A stretch of 64,000 bases of DNA, from positions 37,076,001 through 37,140,000 of the forward strand of contig NC_043015.1 in NCBI RefSeq assembly GCF_006345805.1, in the 5' to 3' direction. Of this stretch, positions 55,166-64,000 are shown one piece after another (the stretch's first letter is position 1; each line of letters opens with the position of its first letter). The position numbers and the translations under genes are program-made. This DNA comes from Octopus sinensis (taxonomy: Eukaryota). The notes beneath the pieces are model-generated. The model was not told where the DNA came from. It ran no database searches and saw only the letters and a program-made list of their open reading frames with translations.

Positions 55166-55226
55166 GTATATATATATATATGTGTGTGTATATACATAAA
55201 TATACGTATATATATGCATATAAGTG

Positions 55227-55260
<34 letters not shown>

Positions 55261-55845
55261 ATATATATATACATACATACATACATATATATAGAGATAG
55301 ATAGATATTCATATATATATAGATAGATAGATATTCAGATCAATTAGGTACGTAAGTTGAGGCACCAGAATTTATTACTGTATTATCCATACAATTTCAA
55401 AATCAGGTGATATATATGTGTGTGTGCGTGTATAAATATATATGCATATCATACACACACAGAAAACACTTACACACACACACATATACATACATATATA
55501 GTTCGTTATGATATGTGGCTTGTGGTTGTTGATTATGTTTGGGGTATTACTCAACATACAAACTAATAGAGTCACCTAAAAACATATATTGTGTCTATTA
55601 TGTAATATTTGTTCCTCACCTGATCGAGTAAATTGTTGATCTTAATTTCACGTAACAGTAAATTAAATATATATCTACCTATTCATATAAAGGAAATAAA
55701 GAAAATGGAGATAGCATTTAATTTTAAAAATTATTATCAGCAGAGATTTAGCGCTGTCGGAATATCTCGACATTTTCTCAACATGTTTGTGGCTTACTCA
55801 AGGCAAAGGTCGCAGGTGTCGGATAGCATATTACATGGATGTACG

Positions 55846-55996
55846 TATCGCCTGTGGAAACACAACTTGATTTCATAATAAAAACAAATACTTGCATAAT
55901 ATCTTGTATTCTTGGAGAACTACGCTGCGTCGAAGCAGCTGTAGCGATTAAAACTGTCCAACCATACACCTTCTTATTCATTTCAATTTTTCAATT

Positions 55997-56000
<4 letters not shown>
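55846..56000 (+). repeat. Second, more decayed copy of the tandem hammerhead-like family
   Basis: TATCGC-CTGTGGA-AACACAACTTGATTTCATAAT..TTGGAGA-ACTACGCTGCGTC-GAAGC-AGCT-GTA-GCGATT aligns with the minus strand of 33370-33263; downstream flanks are also similar. Confidence 0.65.
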
Positions 56001-56082
<82 letters not shown>

Positions 56083-56251
56083 GTGCCTGTATATATATAT
56101 ATATATGTGTGTTTGTGTGTGTGTGTGTTTGTGTGTATCGAATAAGAATAGAAAATGGAGATAAGGGAATTAATAATTGTTTAATAATAAATAATTATTA
56201 CCTCCCTTATCCCCATTTACTTTTCTTTTTGAAATGGATATATACTATATG

Positions 56252-56312
<61 letters not shown>

Positions 56313-57024
56313 TCATATAGTTTATATCCATTTATATCAATTTGAAGACTCCGCGTGAGAGGACGAAAGCGTTATTATATATGATATACGATATATGATA
56401 TATAAAATCATGTAACATACAAATAAATATCTGTAAATATAAAACCATTCGGATTTCTGAGAACCTCATTTCTTCTAATATAAAATACCTGTACATCATC
56501 TCCAAACCTCCTAATATATATATATATATAAACTTACTGTCGAGGAATGTCTGGAGGCGTTACGTTCATTTATACTATATACGAAAAATACACTATAAAA
56601 CGTACACGTAGGACAGACGCCAGAACCCTAATATTTCATCAGTTATCGACCGAAAGATACTAATATCTAGTTTCATGCCTCTAACGATAAGACTAGGAAC
56701 TTCGTACATCGGCGGCACCCGCAACATTTGCCGAATATTTAGGCACGAGCAAAGAATACAGTAGAGGGTGGACGTACGAAAGTAAACAGCAGTAATTTGA
56801 AACGAGAGACGAGAACAATAAATGTAGCCTTGGGGGCCAAACACGAGAATGATGGATTAACGCCTGGAGGATATAAAGAAGAGAGATAAGAAAAAAAGAA
56901 GAGAAAAAGGAACAGAATTGAGACATGGGCGTCGAGTGGCAAAAAGGTAGAAGATAGAAAGGAGTGACTTGCAGTTAATTCCATATAAGGTTTTCATGTT
57001 TTCTGCATCTCCATACATTTCCAT

Positions 57025-57420
57025 TGTTCTTATTATCCAAGAGCAGGTCCTCCGTCTGCCAGCTCTTCTTTAAGCACACTTTCTGTTCAATAAGAAACAT
57101 CCCACTTTTTGCTAAGTATCAATACAGTTCACCTGACAAAGCATCTGGCATTAGTTTCCACATTAGAGGAAGGCAGGTTATTGAGCGGAAGTCGGATGCA
57201 ACATTTACATTTTCAGGATCCTTAGAACACAAAAATGTCTTTTCGTTTGTCATCCAGCTGGGTACTGCGCCTTCCTGCAAGTACTATTGTGCGATCCTTT
57301 AACGGTAACTCTTCTCACATTCCACATTCTTGCAATTCCCTCTTTTAGTATCTGTACTTTTGAATATTTTCCAGTTCTTTGTCACTTATGCGTGCATTCT
57401 CAGATATTGCAATATGTGTA
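57025..57420 (-). mobile_element. Rearranged R4/Dong-like relic: RLE fragment fused upstream of an RT N-terminal fragment
   Basis: IAISENARISDKELENIQKY..IARMWNVRRVTV (57420-57301), then AVPSWMT..DFRSITCLPLMWKL..EQKVC..DLLLDNK (57300-57025). (TAA)n lies directly 5'. Confidence 0.7.
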
Positions 57421-57433
57421 GTCTTGGAATTTA

Positions 57434-57483
<50 letters not shown>

Positions 57484-59487
57484 GTTGTTGTTGTTGTTGT
57501 TATTCACTTTAAATATGTATGTTTAGCATTAATTCATGTCGTTGAGACTTCATCCTGCAACGTTCAGGAAATAATCTTCTCAATTGAACGAATTTCTACA
57601 AAATCTTATCTAATTTCCCTTATTTTATTTTAATTATGTCACGCTTTCTTCTGACGTTTTCTCCCAGCCATATTTATTGCCAATGCATATATTTATGTTA
57701 TTTTCGTTTCTTAATTTAAACTCATTAATAACAGGATTTTTTCATCTATTTTTTAATTAAGTTTAAATGAGGAGAAACAAACGTGTGTTGAACTAATGGC
57801 GTTTTAACTTAGAAGCATGCAAATCTCTGGCAGTTCTCGTTGATTTTCTTTAATTGTTCACGCAAAATATGTTCTTAAAGTGTCGATGATATAAACATTA
57901 AGTTTTCTTTGTATATCATGCACTACCTTAATTTGTTCTGCAGGGTGTAATTTGAGAGATTTTGTGATAATGAACATTATTAAACATTCGTGAAAAATGT
58001 ATGTGGGATGGGCCCAATACGTTCCTGGCATGTATTCGATGGACGCCACTTGAACAAAATTCGATTGTTGGAAGTTATAATTTTTCACTCGTCATGATAA
58101 TACTAATATTTAAATTTCCATCTTAGTACGCCATCTTAAAAAAAGGAAAACACAGTCTACATCTGAAAATAGAAGAGATGTTCAAGGAGAATGCTACACA
58201 GATTTCTATTAGATAATACATTCCTACGAAATAAGATTATATCATCTTTATGTGAGAGATTTTCTTCGTAACGCTGCTCCGGGCAGACTTGCTGTCATTC
58301 TCCACTTGTAACAAACAATGCACTGAAATGCAGGACCGCTCAATACGCTGGCCATATCTATTCCCACAGATATATTTTTGGTTTAGTTTCTCTGGGATAA
58401 TCCTGTATCAGTCCTCAATCTTTACAGTAAATTTTATATATATTTTATTTTTCAAATCCCACCAGTTTCCAGTTCACATTTCCTCTATCAACGAGTACCA
58501 GAGCTGTTTCCCTTCACCCACCCATCAAACACAGTAATATTTGTTCCGGGTTTTTGAATGATGATTTCAAACCTCATCTAAATCAAACATGTCTTTCATC
58601 TTTCAGGGGGTCGGTGTGGGGCGATAAATAAGGACCGAAGTATGAGAGACGTTAGAGTCGATTTCTTTCGTTTTCCTCCATTCCCCACCCTCATGTATTA
58701 ATTAGAACTAATTATTATTGCAATTAGAAGAGGGCCCATTTAAAGAAAAGACAAGAAAATTGACCAGCACATTTGTGTACAGTTAGTCTACAGTTCCTTC
58801 ATGGCATTCTTCAGTATTTAAGTTATATTCATTAATTTGCTGAATTTTATCATTAAATTTAGTATCACGGCCGCGAAATTGCTTCCTCCATTCAGAATAT
58901 ACTAGCCCCTTCTTAAGCAAATAGGAAAGATCCACCAATATAAGAGGATAAACATACGAAGTACATAAATGTGTATTTCTTATTTGGTATTACACAAATA
59001 TTGTTTGGAATTCACGCTTAGTTAAATTTCATATCATGATCAACTGTTTCATATTTTCAGCCGGTAAACACCATTCGAAGAGAACTCATAATGGTTATTA
59101 TATTCTGCTATGACGAGATAATTTGCCACGGCAATCAGGGAAAAATGTAAACAAAAATTATTCACAATTAGACCATAAATATTTTATATTTATAATTACT
59201 TTTGTTATTTTGCCTGTTAATTGGAGCTCATTTAAATTAGTTTCAAAAAATTAGAACAAAAAACGAAGTATTGGACGATAACAACCTAATGAATAGTGGA
59301 ATTCTGTTATTTGATTCATTTTGTTGGTCACTGTCATTAGAGTACGGTCATGCTGCAGCAACGCCTGCAGCAGTTTCAATTCCATCACGTGGACACCAGC
59401 AGTTGTTTGTTTTGTCATCATATTTTTCATCGTTATTTGCATATTAATTGACAATTTAATACATACATACATGCATACATACATACT

Positions 59488-59537
<50 letters not shown>

Positions 59538-60232
59538 TATGTATATGTTTATATATGTATATATATATATATATACTTACATACATATATATATATAATA
59601 TATATATATATATGTATATATATGTACATACATATATGTATATATTTATGTATATATATATATATATATATAAACAGCTGTGGTGGGTGCGTATTTATGT
59701 GTCTGTATTGCTAACCCCACTCTGAGACTTGAACACCGAATACTCTATCCCTTTGCATCTTTACAAAACACCCCTATCCCCGTAACTGCTGCTCCTGTGT
59801 ACTTTGGAAGTAAATGGTGCAGCTGCACAGGACCGCTGCTGCCGCCTCCATTTACCGATATTGATAAACTTTATCAGGCTAACCTTTACACTGACCTTCA
59901 ACGCCATCTATCTACTACCACCACCACCACCACCATCGTTCCTACCGCCACCAACACATCTATTAACATCACTACTATCGCCATCACTGCTGCCATCAAC
60001 ACCTTCACCAGCAAAAACACCCACTACAGCAACAGCAATATCATTGTTTCCGTATATTATTAGCTGCTATGCTCTGAGGACATTGAATTAGATATTACAT
60101 AAAACCTGTTACAAGTGCATTGTAAGAGAAACAGTAATCGAAAAATCTACAACAATCATACAATGAAATCCTTCACCTTGTGGCCTGCACGCATATTAAT
60201 GTTTCGATCTTATTGCCTTTGCATTTCCGGTA

Positions 60233-60460
60233 GCTATTATTCGGTGTAAACCAGGAAGGTAAAGCAAGCAGTATCGGTGATTTGATAATTCCGGTGCAAG
60301 CCAGGAATATTTCTCACACAACCAATATCGATGATTCGATAACTCGGGTGCATGCCAAGAATGAAACAAAACAAGAACGGATGATTCAATATGTCGGTGC
60401 AAACCTGGAATTTAACGAAACCAGAAGCGAGGATTTAATAAGTTGGGTGCAAAAATTGTA
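60233..60460. repeat. Five-unit degenerate ~50-bp tandem array with a conserved block and variable linker
   Basis: GGTG anchors at about 60243, 60293, 60347, 60396 and 60446; block of about 30 nt GATTyrATAa.tcgGGTGCAaaCCaGGAAT. Confidence 0.65.
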
Positions 60461-61587
60461 TTCACGCTGTGGGCAAATTATGATATTAATGAAATCATGA
60501 ACTGTGAATTTGATAAATCTGAAGCAATCTATGTAGTTACCAAAATTAGTTACAATGGTTTAATTATGCGATTTCAGTTATTCACGGCTGGTTTGAAAAC
60601 CAATATATAGATTTGATCATTGGAATGCAATCTAGGAATATTGGAAAAGCATTAATGATATATGCATAACTCGAGAACACTCTATGAAGGTAACACAACT
60701 AACATTACAGTTCATGATCTCCTCTTTGGGTACTAATGATGGTAATTACATAATTAGTATTAATGATTTGATCATTCGGATGTACGATGTGTGCGTAAGA
60801 AAGCTAGTAATGAGGGTTCGATGAATCGGATGTAAGACATGGGTGTTTAGGTGAGAATATTGAATGGAGTAATAATTCGGTGATACAGATGCTTGTTGTG
60901 AAACTGACAAAACCACTTTGTGAACTCAGTTGACAGCTAAGACTTATTAAAGGGGTAGTCATGACTTGGTGACTTTGAATTAAACTTGACACTTCAGTAT
61001 TTCGGATAAATCAAAGGAATTGATGGATGTGTTACCGATAATACGTCAAGTAATGATGAAGGGTAATAGGAACACGAAAAGTATATAGAATACAAAAAAA
61101 GGAGAAATATATAGAGAGAGACAGACATGGTTTAGTTGTTTATGTAGATGGAGTCGTGAGCTATCACAGGAATTTCTCGGTTAATGAGACATCACTGCAC
61201 AAGATCAAAGATTCTATATTATTCATAAATATTGTAAATTCGTGTCTTTGAAGGAGTTTACGAAACGATAGAACCATCAACGATTTCTTCTTTTAGTTGC
61301 TCTGTACTCAGTGTGGGGAACGATCGATCACCCTGAGCGTCAAAGGCCGAGACGAATTAATGATTTTTGTTCGTCCTTTTGTTCTTTCCTTTTTCTGTTA
61401 AGTATTGGCTTGTTACTGGTGTTGCTGCATCTACGGTCACACTTCCTCTTGAAGACTAAGTTACCTTTTTCCTTGTCGTTTTGATATGTTTTACAGTATC
61501 TCAAACAAATGAAACAAGGACATTTTGTGAATCAAATTTGCTATAGAACCATCACCATCATTAGAACACTTACAAACCATTGATGAC

Positions 61588-61664
<77 letters not shown>

Positions 61665-62092
61665 TATAAGAGAACTGTTTGATATCTTTATACATTACAG
61701 TTATTACTTGAGTGATTAGAGGAAGATGATGGTGTAGAAAAGAACGCTGAATTCTAGTGTGTTCACCGAAAAGTGAATGGAAATAACGAAAGAAGTTGAT
61801 GTTTATTGGGCCAATTCTGATGCGTTTCTGAGTAGGAAATAAGGAAAGGACCACTTTCCATGCTTTAGATAAAACAGAATAATTTAGGGTTTGCGGAATG
61901 AATTACTTCAATAAGATTTAGTTCGTCTTCAATTCTAGCTGAAAACTGTTCTTATTCAGGTTCTGTTGAGATTTTGCAGTTAAATCTTTTTTGGGGGTCG
62001 TATTTCCACTTTGCATTACCTTCAATATTTGGGTTTTTATGGTCAATAACAATATTACCAGCAACAGCGAAAGCACAGTCACCACCATCGTC

Positions 62093-62144
<52 letters not shown>

Positions 62145-62392
62145 GTAGCAGCAGGGACATTAAAATTGCTTACAGTGGCTGTTTACATGCACATGTGTGG
62201 TTAAGAAGGCCTGCGCGGATGGGCATATTGGGTCTTAAAAACACGAAGAGACTAACAAAGCGTTAAATAATGTATTGGGATATATTAAAGCTTTGATTTA
62301 TAAAAACTGGAAATAGGGGAAAATATGTAGTAAAGTTTAATGTGAAGTTAAGTAGGAAGTACGACAATTCAGGTTACATCATTGTCACTATG

Positions 62393-62439
<47 letters not shown>

Positions 62440-64000
62440 ATCATTGTCATGTGTCGTTGATGAATATAAAATTATTATGAAAGTTAAAATTGAATATCTT
62501 TATACATTTAGTTTAGAAGCCAAATGTATTTATTCTATTTTGTTAGTCAAGCAATATATTATTACTGTTGAACTTAATCATTTTAATAAATAATTTCATT
62601 CAAGGTCATTTGATTGTTGCCCGAAAAGTTTAGCACCTATTCAAACCTAATCTTACAGGTGACTTACAATATAGGATCTATTCCCTGTTTATGGGCCTAT
62701 TTTACAAGACTGAATCTTTATCTTGAAGGCTCATAATCTTTACAATAGGTGCCGGTTCTGTTAGTTAATGTCTGAAGATTTACGTTCTTTTATTTTGCGA
62801 AATATACATTAATGGTTTCTCATTTTCCTAATACTTTAGTTTGCTCTCTTCGAGACGTGGGCCTAATTCGATCTTTAGGTAGTGATGTTGATGCACATGA
62901 ATTGCGGTTACGTCTATACGTCGGTGGTATTATGTGACTCTTTTGAAAAACCTGGACCTCTTACAAGTCCGGTACGCTTTCACCAGAGGACAATCTTCGG
63001 CTACTTCAGGCGTAACTGAGATCTTTGAATGTTGCTACCACCTCGGTTCAGATCAGACCTGAATATATTGCTGAATAGGGGATTACCCTCAATACTGATA
63101 AACTCTTGAGCTGGAATCTCACCATCAGATGAAATTTACTGAATATAATAATGTCAGATGTAAACTTTAAAGCAGCTGCAACACATATTTCTACAATGAA
63201 AGAAGTAACTTTTACAGTTACTATAAACCCGATGGCGATAAAGTGTTTGAAATATAAGAGCACGGATTTACTATTATCGAAGAAAACGCATTCATTTATC
63301 GTATTAGCATTAATTATACGCCTCAGAATTAAAATTTTATAAACCTTGTATTGTTGCAGATTAAATAATGGTTTCTAATCTAGTCTCACGACCAGCAATT
63401 TTAATGAGAAGGATTTAATCAATAACATCGACCTAAGTAGTGAATTATTTTCTTATTTTATTGATCGCGAAATGATGAAAGACAAATCAGATGTTGACGT
63501 GATTTGAACACGGCATACAAAACACTGGAATATTTGCTGCAGGACATTAATTCCGATAACCTAAAGATTCAACGTTCTTGCAGCCATTGAACACCTATTT
63601 AATAATTACAGTACACTAAAAATATACATAGGTTGTCTGTCAAATATTTCCTCTATGTTTGTAAGGAATATTTTATAAGTTAATCTAGTTCCCAAACCGT
63701 AAGATTCCGTACTAACAGTTCGCATAGGTCCTATACAAACAAGGCGAACAGTATATTGCACGGCACTAATTAAACAGATGGGCAGCAATCTATTTATATA
63801 TAATCACCTGCATCAATCGCAATATAGACCAGATTACTTATTTTGTACACTGTGCAAGCTGGAGACACACTTGAGCCCCAGGGTGATGTGAAACAAAAAC
63901 GTAGTGTTATCTAACTAAATGCAGTTAGAGACATACAGTGCTACACTACAAATTCCACATATCCATTACACTTTGCCCTGTATGGAATATTAAGTAAAGT

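Noticed and set aside
58770-58820. Minus-strand CTGAAGA-ATGCCAT-GAAG
   Set aside because: GAAG replaces GAAA and there are no consistent stems I and III.
62765-62812. Hammerhead-like TTAATGT-CTGAAGA..GAAATAT-ACATTAA
   Set aside because: Stem I is attractive, but stem II cannot pair and the NUH register is off by one base; at best a very decayed relic.

Overview
This is eukaryotic, AT-rich, non-coding DNA dominated by microsatellites ((TA)n, (CA)n, (TAA)n, (GATA)n, (GAT)n) and decayed transposons. The repeat families resemble those I recall from octopus/cephalopod genomes; this is recognition, not a search. I found no intact host gene, and almost all of the ORF track is microsatellite artefact. 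Supported elements: five fragments of RLE-type (R4/Dong-like) non-LTR retrotransposons, each abutting (TAA)n; three CR1-type LINE 3' ends; one Tx1/L1-like LINE; a Penelope-like GIY-YIG fragment; several mariner relics, one nested at a TA inside a Dong element and one made of two inverted 5' ends; MITEs; and three tRNA-derived SINE families. The most interesting signals are RNA-structural. There is a near-canonical minimal type I hammerhead ribozyme (28900-28953, minus strand) with a decayed paralog at about 5373. A second, tandem hammerhead family (33263-33370 minus; 55846-55950 plus) pairs across its two units, as expected for a dimeric hammerhead. Also notable are a non-coding TAA-tailed repeat family and a ~50-bp conserved-block/variable-linker array at 60233-60460. 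All folds and alignments were done by eye.
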